A stretch of DNA of 62,926 bases, counting the filler, from Octopus bimaculoides (Eukaryota), in the NCBI RefSeq assembly GCF_001194135.2. It is 6 parts of 6 records of this genome, joined end to end, with 100 filler letters (N's around TTAATTAATTAA, not from the genome) between each part and the next. Parts side by side here need not be neighbours in the genome. Positions count along the whole stretch, not along the records: positions 1 to 19,184 come from NC_069006.1; 5 more parts are not named here. One strand, given 5' to 3'. The translations under genes were made by a program, and so were the position numbers. A model generated the notes under the pieces. That model had not been told where the DNA came from. It made no database searches and saw only the letters and a list, made by a program, of their open reading frames with translations. Numbering within the stretch: the first letter of the stretch is position 1; the number at the start of each line of letters is the position of its first letter. Of this stretch, positions 1-13,559 are shown one piece after another.

Positions 1-53
<53 letters not shown>

Positions 54-571
54 TACACAGATATATATATATATATAAACAAAACAGGAAGCTGGGAAGC
101 AGCAAAAGATTTTCTGGTATTATTTATTATTGTAACAGTTAATAAATAACATCAAGATATTTTCCCCAACTTCCTGTTTTGTTATATAATATTCATGCAA
201 ACATTTCCAGAACTTTGAACTCTAATATGTACTTCACATGAATAAAACTACAGTAATTACATACTGGATTACAAAACTGAAATAAGCAAATGTGCTTGAA
301 GAGGACACAGCTTTGATTTCTACCCTACCTACATAATATATTGATATATAACTATTATCTTTGATTTGTTTCGGTCAGTAGACAGTGGGCAAACTGGAGC
401 AGCTCCTCGAGGAATTTTCAGTTGAACGAATCGACGTCAATACTTATTTTTGTTTTAAGGCTGGTACTTATTCTATCAGTCACTTTCACTGAACTGTTAA
501 ATTAAGGGGGATGTAAACACACTGACACCAGTTGCCAAACAGTGGTGGGGGACAAACACAGACATGAAGAT

Positions 572-609
<38 letters not shown>

Positions 610-768
610 TAGGCTTCTTTCAGTTTCAGCAAATCCACTATAGCAGAAGACACTTGCTGAAGGTGCCATGCAATGGGACTGAACCCGGAACCATGTGGTT
701 GGGGAGCAAGCTTCTTACCACCTAGTCATGCTTGTGCCTATGCACAAGCGTGTGTGTATATATATATG

Positions 769-974
769 GGAGAATATACAAAAAATAACAACAGACGAGG
801 ACAGGTGGTGTAAATAACAAAAGGATGTATTAGTATGACGCTCGGGAATACGGAAAGTCTTTGACGTTTCGAGCTACGCTCTTCAACAGAAAGAATACGG
901 AGACAAGGAGAAAAACACGGAGAAAAAAAATTGAATAGTGTTCAGTCAACGGTCAATCATAATAATGGCCGATC
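769..974 (-). mobile_element. Penelope-like element pseudo-LTR fragment
   Basis: Carries a minimal hammerhead-type motif characteristic of Penelope pLTRs; a diverged relative occurs at ~57860-58000 (+). Confidence 0.6.
858..894 (-). ncRNA. Minimal type I hammerhead ribozyme-like motif with variant core CUGUUGA
   Basis: Minus strand: TCTTT CTGTTGA A GAGC-GTA-GCTC GAA ACGT C AAAGA. This gives stem I (TCTTT/AAAGA), stem II (GAGC/GCTC), GAAAC, palindromic ACGT and a GUC site. Confidence 0.6.
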
Positions 975-1533
975 ATATATATATATATATATATATANNN
1001 NNNNNNNNNNNNNNNNNNNNNNNNNNNNNNNNNNNNNNNNNNNNNNNNNNNNNNNNNNNNNNNNNNNNNNNNNNNNNNNNNNNNNNNNNNNNNNNNNNNN
1101 NNNNNNNNNNNNNNNNNNNNNNNNNNNNNNNNNNNNNNNNNNNNNNNNNNNNNNNNNNNNNNNNNNNNNNNNNNNNNNNNNNNNNNNNNNNNNNNNNNNN
1201 NNNNNNNNNNNNNNNNNNNNNNNNNNNNNNNNNNNNNNNNNNNNNNNNNNNNNNNNNNNNNNNNNNNNNNNNNNNNNNNNNNNNNNNNNNNNNNNNNNNN
1301 NNNNNNTTTGCGTCCCCGTAACTTAGCGGTTCGGCAAAAGAGACAGATAGAACAAGTACTAGGCTTCCGAAGAATAAGTCCTGGGGTCGATTTGCTTGAC
1401 TTAAAGTCAGTGCTCCAGCATGGTCACAGTCAAATGACTGAAACAAGCAAAAGAGAAAAGAGTAAAGAGAGTGCATTTTCAACTTCTATTTTTCCTATAT
1501 TTCTACCCATGTGGAATAAAATAACTTTGTTCC

Positions 1534-1594
<61 letters not shown>

Positions 1595-2682
1595 CACATG
1601 CAAACATATACGTAATTATACACATGCATCAAGTTTCAACGACAAACCACCCGAGGAGACATTTTATACTCAAACAATTTATGGAAATTTAAACAACATA
1701 TTTAATAAAAGAAATTTATATTGTTTTCCGTCTAAAATAATTTTATGTCGTTTCGTATGCAATTTCATTGATGATTGCATCAGAACCATCATCATCATCA
1801 TGAAAGCATTGCTCCAGCATGACCTTGACCATCATTGCTAAAGCACACATAAAATAACAATAAAGAACAACTGGCAATGTGTTTGGAAGATCTGTTATGA
1901 CTAGCGGATGATTAATGATTATGTAAATTATAAGTTGTCTGAGTGGGGGGTGAGTGAGAAGGTCTTTTCTGTGATGGACATAAACTGAAAGGTATAAAAG
2001 AATGAAACTAGAGGAAGAATAGAAGAATACACACATACATACATATTGGATTTCTTTTTTTGTCAGCTCCAGATGCAGACATGGCTGTGTGGTTAAGTTA
2101 AGAAGCCTGCTTTGCAACCATATGGTTTTGGATTCAGTCCATGTGCACAGCCCCTTGAGCAAGGGTCTTCTACAAGATCGATGCCTTATGAGTGAATTTG
2201 GTAGACAGAAGGTTATGGAAGCCTAACCCGTTGTGTCTGTGTGTGTGTGTNNNNNNNNNNNNNNNNNNNNNNNNNNNNNNNNNNNNNNNNNNNNNNNNNN
2301 NNNNNNNNNNNNNNNNNNNNNNNNNNNNNNNNNNNNNNNNNNNNNNNNNNNNNNNNNNNNNNNNNNNNNNNNNNNNNNNNNNNNNNNNNNNNNNNNNNNN
2401 NNNNNNNNNNNNNNNNNNNNNNNNNNNNNNNNNNNNNNNNNNNNNNNNNNNNNNNNNNNNNNNNNNNNNNNNNNNNNNNNNNNNNNNNNNNNNNNNNNNN
2501 NNNNNNNNNNNNNNNNNNNNNNNNNNNNNNNNNNNNNNNNNNNNNNNNNNNNNNNNNNNNNNNNNNNNNNNNNNNNNNNNNNNNNNNNNNNNNNNNNNNN
2601 NNNNNNNNNNNNNNNNNNNNNNAGACTTGTGAGTGGATTTGGTAGATGGAAACTAAAAAGAGACTATTTTGAATATTCTATA

Positions 2683-2963
2683 CCAGGGGTTTTCAAACTG
2701 TGGTCCGCAAGGACAAGACAGGGGGTCCGTGGACAGCAAATACTTTTTATGGACAATTTGATTTTATATATGTTTTTTAATCGAAATCTTTAATTGACAA
2801 TAAACCTATTTGTTAAATACTGTTAAATAAATAAATGCAAAAATATATGTTATTTGAAGCAAATATTTATGTATAAATTTCATAAGCGTTTATAAGGGGG
2901 TCCCCAAGGTAAAGCCTGAAATATAAAGGGGGTCCGCAAGTCAAAAAGTTTGAAAACCCCTGG
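2683..2963. mobile_element. hAT-type MITE (~280 bp)
   Basis: Perfect 17-bp TIRs CCAGGGGTTTTCAAACT (2683-2699) and AGTTTGAAAACCCCTGG (2947-2963); no coding capacity; 8-bp TSD not conserved. Confidence 0.8.
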
Positions 2964-3368
2964 ACTGGAGCAACATGAAATAAAGTCAGCCTGGCTGGAT
3001 AAGCTTGGATTTCCAGATAAAGAAATCAGCCAACTTGCCCATTACAAATACAATCTGTAAGCGGAAAAGTAAAAAACTATGCAAGACTTTTCTCAGGATT
3101 AACATGTGACGCTGTTTTCGTTATCTACATTCCAACGATGGCGCTTTGAATATTTGTTAGAAACCAGCTCCTTCTTCAAAGGAAGAATTTAAGTAATTAA
3201 AAACAGAAAAGAACATATATACATAAAAACGGCGAAGGGGTTAGAGTTCGGGTTTTTGTTATGCCGAAAACGGGTGGTGTGCATATTCAAGCATATACGT
3301 AGGATTCGGCACATCTACATACATGCATGCATGTATATATAGATAACAGACGATGGGGTGCCAACTGC

Positions 3369-3549
3369 ACAGGGTGGCCGCTTTATATACGTGTGTTTGC
3401 TTTAGACGAAGGTATGTTAAGTTTAAGAAAAGAAGTCGACCAACAAAGCCACCCCACAGTGAAGTCAATTGAGCTACCCGACAGTGCGGTCTATGCAGCT
3501 TTCTGATTTGGCGGACACCATGATTTATATTCACTTTGGTCACCCTGTA
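3369..3549. mobile_element. Possible small Tc1/mariner-type MITE relic
   Basis: Short inverted ends CAGGGTGGCC ... GGTCACCCTG|TA. Confidence 0.35.
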
Positions 3550-4250
3550 CGGGCAGCCTAATAGAAATAACTTCGAATATAAAAATTTTTCTCTGTTCTA
3601 TAAGACAAAATATATATGAAGTTTACGAAATTTTAAAGTGTTTCGGTAGAAAACACTAAATAAAAAACGGTGTCCACCAAATCAGAAGGATCCAATAACA
3701 GGTCTTGATTCAGGGCTATAGCTTCTCTCATGGGTGCACACGATTGTTTTAACAACAGGTTTGCAGAAAAGCCGGGTAATGTCAGTGTTAACAAATCGAA
3801 CTGACTTACATTCATTGAATTTGTCGATTAGAAAGTGCAACGGCGAAGACTAATGAAACGTCCCAATGTTTCTCCATTTGAATTTGTCGGAATTTACGTA
3901 TACACACGACATGCACACACACTCAACAGACGAATGCAAATATATATCCACATATACACGTGTACATACATATATACATGCATAGATACATATATGCGCA
4001 CACATACACAGAGGTGCATTATATACACAAAAAAAACCCCTGGAAATATCTTAACTCAAACAAAAAGGACCTGTCACTCTGTTAATTGTCGGCTTCAATT
4101 CTGCTAACTTAAAGTAAATATCAAAGACAAATATATATACATTCATACAAATCATATATAGCTATATGCAGATAAGCACATCCATACACTCATGTGTGCG
4201 CTGGTGCGTTTGGTTATGTGTGTGTGTGTGTATATATATATCTATATATA

Positions 4251-4292
<42 letters not shown>

Positions 4293-4384
4293 NNNNNNNN
4301 NNNNNNNNNNNNNNNNNNNNNNNNNNNNNNNNNNNNNNNNNNNNNNNNNNNNNNNNNNNNNNNNNNNNNNNNNNNNNNATATAT

Positions 4385-4590
4385 ACACACACACACACAA
4401 ACGTACACTTATATACGACACATACATACTTATATATACACACAGACACAAACGTACACTTATATACGACACATACATACTTATATATACACACAGACAC
4501 AAACGTACACTTATATACGACACATACATACTTATATGTACACACAGACACAAACGTACACTTATATACGACACATACATACTTATACAC
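4385..4590. repeat. 51-bp minisatellite, ~4 copies
   Basis: Unit ACACAGACACAAACGTACACTTATATACGACACATACATACTTATATATAC; 17-aa period in the ORF track. Confidence 0.9.
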
Positions 4591-5544
4591 ACACACAAAG
4601 AATACGGAAAGAGACAAAAAAAGAGATAGATAGATAGAGAGAGAGAGGAGGAAATACAGAGGGAGAGAAAAACAAATGTCTAAATTAGATGGTCACGTAA
4701 TGAAAAAGTCCTTACTTCAGTGTCACCATGTTTTAACATAGACTCCTCTTCACATTACAATGTGTCGTTCTTGCTTCCATCCCTGACTGTCGTCTCTTGC
4801 CACCAGACATAGCGTTAATGTTGTTGTTCTTGTTGTTAGTGAAAGACACTGCTGTTAGGTCTCACCTTTTCTCTCCCTCCCTCTCTCCACTCTTTCTTTC
4901 TAACTCCTCTCTCTTTTTCTCATACATCTGTGTTTCTGTCTATATTCACTTAACTCTTTGTACCCCTCTTTCTCCCCCTCACTCTCATGTATCTTTATTT
5001 CTGTCTATATTCACTATAACCCTCCTTCTCGTTCTCTCTCCAATACCTCTACCTCTTACCCATTGATTAGTTTTCTCTTTCTCTCTCTCTCTCTCCTATA
5101 CACTCTGATGAATTCGCTGTCTTTCTCACTCCCCCCCACACACACATATCTTTGTCTACTTCCACTATAACTCTCTCCCCCTCTCTAGATAGTTCTCTTT
5201 CTGTCTGACTGTCTCTGTCTACCAGTCCCCCTCTCTATCTCGCTCCCTCTCTCACTCACTATCTATCTATCTATCTGTCTGTCTGTCTGTCACTCTTTCT
5301 CTCGCCACTTTCATTAAACTCTCTTTTTCTTCCAAGAAACGGTGACAGCGGTCGTAGTGGTAGTGGTGGAGGTGAGACAGAATCAATAAAAAAAAACAAA
5401 AAAAAAAACAAGGAACCGCTCTGTATAATAGGTACAAGAGGCATCAAAAAGTGTCGCTCCTTCTGCATTAGTACTGCACACGCACTGATTGTATTGTCCA
5501 ATATCAAAATTAATGCACAGCTGACGATCATTGCTAACCAACCC

Positions 5545-5883
5545 TAGCGGTATTTCGTCTGTCTTTACGTTCTGAATTCAAATTTCGCCGAGGTCAACTT
5601 TTCCTTTCATCTTTTCGGGGTCGATGAAATTTGAGCAGCCTCCATTCCCTATTAAGTACACAAAATTTTAGGCCCTGTGTCTATAAATCGTTAGCTCGCC
5701 GAATAAAATGCTTGGCAGTATTTCGTCTGTCTTTACGTTCTGAGTCCAAATTCTGCCGAGGTCGATTTTTCACACTTCCAAAATGGATGAAATAAGTACC
5801 AGTTGAACAGTGTGGTCGACGTAAACGACTAATCACTTCCCCGCAAATTTCAGGCCTTGTGTCCATAATAGAAAGATTATTAC
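5545..5883 (+). mobile_element. Two adjacent SINE family 1 copies
   Basis: GGTATTTCGTCTGTCTTTACGTTCTGA.T.CAAATT repeated at ~5549 and ~5718. Confidence 0.8.
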
Positions 5884-7059
5884 GTCGTGTGAGGACGATT
5901 CCACAACCTTTTTAAATGGCATATATATATATATGCTTGTGTGTCTGTGTTTGTCCCCCACCAACATCGCTTGACAACCGATGCAGGTGTGTTTACGTCC
6001 CCGTATCCTAGCGGTTCGGCAAAAGAGACCGATAGAATAAGTACTAGGCTTACAAAGAATAAGTTCTGGGGTCGATTTGCTCGACTAAAGGCGGTGCTCC
6101 AGCATGGCCGTAGTCAAATGACTGAAATAAATATACCATTGGTATAATTTATTGAAATAAATGACCGAAAATTTTCAGGAAGGACATCTTCGCGTAGGAA
6201 CTAGTTTAGTTTTAGGCTTCTAATATTTTATAATTGGTTCTGTTACAACGAAGGTCCTAGCCTGGCAGACATCAGAATTTTCCAATACTGTAGGAAATAC
6301 ACGCAAACATGATTTTAAGTTTCCCGCGTATTTGAAGAAATTTTCCATTGCAATCCAATATATATGTGTGTGTATATATATATACACTACCTAGACCACA
6401 CACATTTGTATACACACATACAGACCTCCTACCTTAAGTACACATGCATAGAATTTCCTCCCTCGACCATGCGTACAAACACACACACATACACATACAA
6501 ACATTAGGCACGCGTATTGAGACATCCATGTACTCATATATACACGCTAACATATATGTGTGTATGTGTGTGTGTATATTTAAATGTTAGTATTATGTAT
6601 ATGTTTGCTTGAGGAATCTGCGCGTGTATAAGAATGTGTAGGGACTATCTCCTACCCACTCTCTCTCTCTCTTTCATTCTATCTGCATAAACACACAGAA
6701 CATATCCGCACAGACTCATACAATAACACACACACATATGTATACAAACATTACATGTGCTGCACACACACATGTACAAACATTACGGTACACGTGTTGC
6801 ACACATATACATACGCATATAGGAACAGATACACACACACACTTGCCTAGACGTGTCACACATGCACAGGCACAGAAATACACATACACTATCATAGACG
6901 TGCTACATAGACAAGGCACACATACACTACTCTAGATGTGTTACATACACACGCATACACACAAATGGAGAGATAGACTAACACATATAACAGATGTACT
7001 ACACTGACACATACATATATACACGCATGTATGCACGTACGCACGTAGACACAATACGG

Positions 7060-7135
7060 CGATCGGACGGAAGTGAAACCTCTAAGTCTGGCAGCAGCTC
7101 CCTTACTTTGTATTTGTGTACTTAAAATGGTGAGG
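7060..7135 (+). promoter_or_regulatory. Candidate promoter/first exon: ETS-type motif, then ATG|GTGAGG donor
   Basis: CGGAAGTG at 7068-7075 in a CpG-containing patch; AAAATG|gtgagg at 7124-7135; no downstream coding exon found. Confidence 0.3.
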
Positions 7136-7304
7136 CAAATTTGTCTGTCTGTCTGTGGTGTCTTCCTCCCAACCAGTCATCACGGCCGGCACATGCTGTT
7201 GCATTAGGAAACACAGACACTCACGCACGCACGCACACACACAAAGACAGGTATAAGTAGATAGACAGATAGATAGATAGATAGACAGACAGGTAGGTAG
7301 ATAG

Positions 7305-7335
<31 letters not shown>

Positions 7336-7639
7336 GGTAGACAGATAGCTAGACAGGTAGATAGATATAGGTAGACAGACATAGATAGATAAATAGATAG
7401 GTAGACAAATTGGAAGAGAGCGGACAAAGAGACAGCTGTGAAAGACTAAGACAAATGTGTATGTCTATGAATCTGTATGTACGTTTGTATGTATGTATAT
7501 CTATATCTCGACCGTTGTCCATTGTTTCAAATACATTTTAGCATTGTTGTTCTAGCCTTTTTTAAACAATTACATTATAATTCATCCCAAAGAATCAACC
7601 TTTAAATAAGAGTTTTGCTTCCACTAGCGGAAGCTATAT

Positions 7640-7905
7640 GTCATCATCATCATTTAACATCCATTTTCCATGCTGGCATGGGTTGGACGGTTCGACTAGG
7701 CTGCACCATACCGCAGTCTGATCTGGCAGAGTTTCTACAGCTGGATGCTCTTCCTAACGCCAACCACTCCGAGAGTGTAGTGGGTGCTTTTTACATGCCA
7801 CTGGCACAGGGGCCAGAGAGGGCTGGCAACGACCACGATCGGTTGGTGCTTTTATGTGCCACTGGCATGGAAGCCAGTCAAAGTGGGGCTGGGATTGGCC
7901 ACATA
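7640..7905 (-). mobile_element. SINE/LINE-tail family 3 with (ATG)n tail (others at ~10680-10885, 43590-43830, 44720-44870)
   Basis: Shared CATCATCATC.TTTAAC.TCC..TTTCCATGCTGGCATGGGTTGGACGG...GGATGCCCTTCCTAA.GCCAACCACTCCGAGA block. Confidence 0.8.
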
Positions 7906-9404
7906 TCTTTCAGAAAGCTCCATACCAATTTAACTTTATGCAGCATTCACTGTTATTTTATGCACAGGCAATGTAGGAAGACAGAATAAAGAGGCTCTTG
8001 TTAGTTTATCTCAACGAAAAAATAGCTCCCTTTGCTGTTGAATAAAATAAACTCACAGAGGGGAAGTTTCAACGTCTTCCTTCAGTTTCCTTACACCATT
8101 TTGTAGTCATTATCTGTAATCTACTCCCAAAACACTTCAGTGGTTCTACTTTGCATCGCTTGAAAACTTACATGTTCTATGATCTTCAAAGTGCAACAAC
8201 ATCCACAATAACCAGCCTTCAATTTGGTTTTCTGTTCCTAGGTTAATCGGAAACATAGATTGCCATGCTACTCATAAACCTTCTCAAAAAATGTTGCCCA
8301 TGCTTGGCTGGGGGTTTAGGGATGGGATTTAGGACTAAGATTTAAGGTTAGATTTAGTATGTGGGGGTTACAATTTACAGAAAGCATTTAGGTTTTTTGT
8401 GTGCCATAAAGTGAAAGGCTGTTGTTGATGTATTGAAATCTCATTACACATGTACATGACTCATGGGCCAAATAAGTACGTGAATAAATAAAGAGAAAAG
8501 TGGACCAGGGTGCCTATTATTTAATTTGAAAAGTATTTTTATTTGAAATCATAATCTGAGGTGGTCATGATAAAATGCATTCAATAGATGCATCTATGTA
8601 AATATATCTGCATGTTTACATCATTACTCATACTGACCTAGATACATGCATGTATTTAGAAGTAAATATTATATAACAACTATATATATATATATNNNNN
8701 NNNNNNNNNNNNNNNNNNNNNNNNNNNNNNNNNNNNNNNNNNNNNNNNNNNNNNNNNNNNNNNNNNNNNNNNNNNNNNNNNNNNNNNNNNNNNNNNNNNN
8801 NNNNNNTATATATAAAACTACATCTTAGCAAAATTTATTTGTAAGTGTATTGAATACAATAGTTATAGAATATATATATGGTGGTTTGTCTTACCATCCC
8901 TGGTGTATTTTTCTGAAACATAGAGATGTTATGAAAGACATTTCATGTCTGTGTTTGTCCCCCCACCATTGCTTGACAACCGGTGTTGGTTTGTTTATGT
9001 AGCCATAACTTAGCGGTTTGGCAAAAGAGGCCGATAGAATAAGTACTAGGCTTACAAAGAATAAGTCCTGGGGTTGATTTGTTTGACTAAAAGGCGGTGC
9101 TCCAGCATGGGTGCAGTCAAAATGACTGAAACAAATAAAAGAATATATATATAAATATATATATATATGCATGTGTGTATGTGTGTGTGTATATATATAT
9201 ATATATACATACACACACACACACACATATATAGGCATACATATATTAATTATTGTTAGTTGTAATGTGACATAAGTTATTCAAGAGTTGAGGGTTTCAT
9301 AAGTGCTTTGGCACAAATCTCGAAGCCCTCGAGTCACTTATGTGGTTTTATAGCTAATAAATCATATACATATATACACATACACACATACATATACATA
9401 CAAA

Positions 9405-9457
<53 letters not shown>

Positions 9458-9794
9458 GTAAACAAAATGTTATAATTATGTCAACTTAAATGCATCAATA
9501 TGTCATGTATGTGTGTTGTGTTGTATGCTTGTGTGCTAAGTGTGTGTTAGCCATGTATGTATGTGTGGGTGTGCATTATGTATATATATTTATATATATA
9601 TATGTGTGTGTGATGTGTTATGTATTACACATATGTGTTAGTATGTGTTAGTACGTGTATATATTAGTGTTTACAAAAGCTTGACTATGTTTATCTGACA
9701 CAACTGTCACTATAATGACAGCAATGTGGAGTCCATGAAGAAATTATGTATCACTGGAACGCAGCAGATTCTGTATACATAAAGTACATGACAT

Positions 9795-10150
9795 GTTCTC
9801 TCTCTCTCTCTCTCTGTATCCCATTATTCTTTGGGGGTTTGAATAATTCACCCCTGGAAACATGGATGCTTTGTTCAACATCCTTAAACAACCCTTATTC
9901 AGGAATCTTTCGAGCAGGATGAGCTACTCAACCTGATGAAAATTCTAACTGGACCCCACCTGGAAGGTTATGTACTGTTTATCTTCATATAAGATCACCG
10001 TGTTGCACACATATGGTTGTGATGCATGTGCCTGGTGTACCCTTATCAGACGGGTAGTCATGATGGGTATACTGAGCTTCATATATTTCACCCCAGTGTC
10101 ACTTTGATGGCATGCACCGCTCTCTCAGTCAATAATAACAATAATAATGA
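9795..10150 (+). mobile_element. Probable LINE 3' end fragment with (AAT)n tail
   Basis: Higher-complexity block ending CTCTCTCAGTCAATAATAACAATAATAAT; family not assigned. Confidence 0.4.
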
Positions 10151-10504
10151 AAAATAAAAAGGCATCGCAGAGGCAATGCATACCCTTCATGCACACAAGG
10201 ATAAAATGAAATTTAATTTAATAAATATATTCTCTGACAAATTCATATTTCAGCAAAATTACATCAAGAGTTATTTCCCCTGTTTATCGTTTATGCATCT
10301 GTAACAAAGATAAAAAAAAATCATTTTGATTCAGCTGTCTGTCAGTTTTGAAGATAATCAAACCAAAATTTAATGAATTTGAGCCACTCACCCAATGAGA
10401 ATTTCTGTCAAATTTGGTGAAAATCTGTTCAGCCGTTTTCTAGTAATTTTGCAAACACACAAAGACAAGCAACTACAATACTGAGCTTCCCCTTACAAGT
10501 GCAG

Positions 10505-10515
<11 letters not shown>
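10150..10515 (+). mobile_element. Possible non-autonomous Helentron/DINE-like element
   Basis: Core CAAATTTGGTGAAAATCTGTTCAGCCGTTTTCTAG resembles DINE/HINE cores; 3' CCC..GGG hairpin before the (AAT)n run; a similar core at ~61800. Confidence 0.4.
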
Positions 10516-10538
<23 letters not shown>

Positions 10539-11211
10539 GTAAACACTGCACACATCTTATAGTGAAAATAACAATGCCAAAACAAACCACAGCACATGCG
10601 GGAGCACCACCTTAAGGGATTTTAGTCGAACCCCAGGACTTATTCTTTGTAAGCCTAGTACTTATAAATATACACACACACATCATCATCGTTTAACATC
10701 CGTTTTCCAGGCTGGCATGGGTTGTATGGTTTGACTGAGGTCTGGAAAGCCAGCGGCTGCACCAGGCTCCAATCTGATCTGGCAATGTTTGTACAGCTGG
10801 ATGCCCTTCTTAACACCAACCACTCTGTGAGTGTAGTGGGTGCTTTTTACATGCCACCGGCACAGGAACCAGTCAGGTGGCCCTGACATATATATATGTG
10901 TATTCGTGTATCTATATCTACATATATATATATGTATGTACGTATATATAGCCAAATGGATTGACCCTGAAGACATTGCACCAAAAATTGTGCTAGGTTG
11001 CACCTGCAACTTCCTATAATTTGGAATGTGGAGACATGTGCAGGTCATAAAGACCATAATTATATGCTGTATAAAATTGTAAAATAAACAGAAATAAATT
11101 TTGAGGATGAACAAGTCTCTATGTTCTATTATTGCTAATACACACACACACACATACATACATACACACATATATACACACATATAGGCATGCATGTTTG
11201 TGTGTATTTGT

Positions 11212-11284
<73 letters not shown>

Positions 11285-11646
11285 CTGTAATTTTTTGTAT
11301 AATTAGATAGTGTTATATATATACATTAATACTTACATTCTTACATATATTTATATGTAAAATATGTCTGTATACACACACACACACACACACAAATATT
11401 ACAGGAAGTACAAAAGCATCATGAGAGGGAGAGAAAGAGAGAGAGAGAGAGATAGGGAAGAGGGTGATGAGTTAATCTTACAGGTTGAACGAGACTTCGC
11501 AGATGACAATGGATCAAAGGATTATGACAAGGAAATGATATGCTTTAGGCAGAACCTATCTAAATGAAGACATCAGGCCATAATGCACGATGTGTATGTG
11601 TATATGTGTATATGTGTATATGTGCATGTGTGAAGGGTACAGATAC

Positions 11647-11694
<48 letters not shown>

Positions 11695-11864
11695 GTGTGA
11701 ACACTCACTTATACTCACACACACAAACACACAGAATCTATTACTGAAATGAATAATTTTCAACAAGTATATGCACAGGTTCCGGGTTCAGTCCCACTGC
11801 GTGGCACCTTGGGCAAGTGTCTTCTACTATAGCCTCGGGCCAACCAAAGCCGTGTGAGTGGATT

Positions 11865-11898
<34 letters not shown>

Positions 11899-13527
11899 GG
11901 TGATGATAGTGATGGTGATGATGATGATGATGAGGATGTTCCTTGTTGGGATCTGAGTACAGAATGTAAGAGAATACAAGGAAAAAACATCACAAGACAT
12001 TGGCCAAAATTCTTGCTGATGAAGCTAAGATAGGCTGAAAGCAGAACGTTTGAGGGAGAGGTTTGTAAGTTACTTTACTTGGTACTAAGTTTTCTTGGTA
12101 TATGTGTTTGTATTCCCACCTCACTGCTTTACATCTGGAACTGGTTTGCTTACATTCCCCTAACTTAGCAGTTGGGCAAAAAATGCTGATGGATGAAGTA
12201 CGAGTTATTAAAAAAATTTATAAATACTGGACTTGATTTGTTTGACTCAACCCTTCAAGGCTGTGTCCCATCATGGCTGCAATCCAATGACCGAAGCAAG
12301 CAAACAATAAAAAAGTTTAAAAAAAAAACCAACAAAAATTAAGGTTGGATTTGAATGAGATTTGGCTGCTATTTCTAGTAAGTTGAGCTTGTAGCCTCTG
12401 TGAGGTGGTGAAGCAAGTTGTTTTGTGTGTTTTCTTTTTTTGTTTTTCTCTGATATAGGCGCAGACGTGGCTGTATGGTAAGAAGCTTGTTTCCCAACTA
12501 CATGTTTCCAGGTTCAGTCCCACTGTGTGGCACCTTGGGCAAGTGTCTTCTACTATAGCTTCAGGCTGACCAAAGCCTTGTGAGAGGATTTGATTGATGG
12601 AAACTGAAAGAAGCCTGCCGTATATATATAATTTTTATATGTGTCTTTGTGTCTGTGTTTGTCCCCCACCCACTAGTGTAGCTAGAGTGTGTACAGCCCG
12701 GTGGGTGAGGGCCTTCCGTTTGCCACCCCAGGACACCACAAAAAACACATACTGCCTACAGCAATAGCCTACAACAGGATGAAAAGTTCCTCCCTTTTAA
12801 AAGTGCCCCCACCACCACTTGACAACCAGTAGTGGTGTGTGTATGTCCCTCTAATCTAGCAGTTCGGCAAAAGCGACTGATAGAACGAGTACCAGTCATA
12901 AAAAATAAAGGTACTGGGTCCAATTCATTCGACTAAAAACTCTTGAAGGCGGTCGCCCGGCATGGCCATAATAAAAGAAGAAAAGATACGACGTAGTGGA
13001 GGAAAGACTATCAACAGGGCCTTCCAGGCAGGTGGATGAGAGGGAGGATGCTATCTTTAGACTTCGTCCCGGATGCCTGTAGCAGAATGGACCCTGTCAA
13101 AAACACTCAAGGACCAAATAGAGATGCTGAACCAGGCTAGCGCAGATTAAGATGGGAGTTGTATTATAGAGAGAGACTACAATGAACTGGATGTACAGAG
13201 GGAGAAAGAGAGGGAGAGTGAAAGAGAGAGGGAGAGGAGGAGTAAAGAGGCAGAGGATGAGAGAGATGAGGGGTGTTATAGAGAGGTGCAGAAGAAGGCA
13301 AAGGACTGTTTGTGTTTTGTGTTGTGATGTAATTGGAGGAAACTTTTGAGAGAATTGTTGAGGAAAACATCGGTTAAACAAAATAGCTTACAGGTGAGCA
13401 TGACGGGTCGCCAGGTGGATGAGAGGTAAAAAGAAACACAAGGTGGACAGAAGTGGACACTGGCTGGAGAGATGTGAAGGCTGAGTGGATAGAAGTGGGC
13501 ACTGAGGAGACAGGCGTGAATCTGAGA

Positions 13528-13559
<32 letters not shown>

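Noticed and set aside
5400-5530. Cys-containing minus frame (LCINFDIGQYNQCVCSTNAEGATLFDASCTYYTERF)
   Set aside because: Short, abuts a SINE, has no convincing donor site and matches no domain I recognise.
8300-8400. TTAGGG-like degenerate G-rich stretch (also ~58915)
   Set aside because: No tandem perfect telomeric units.
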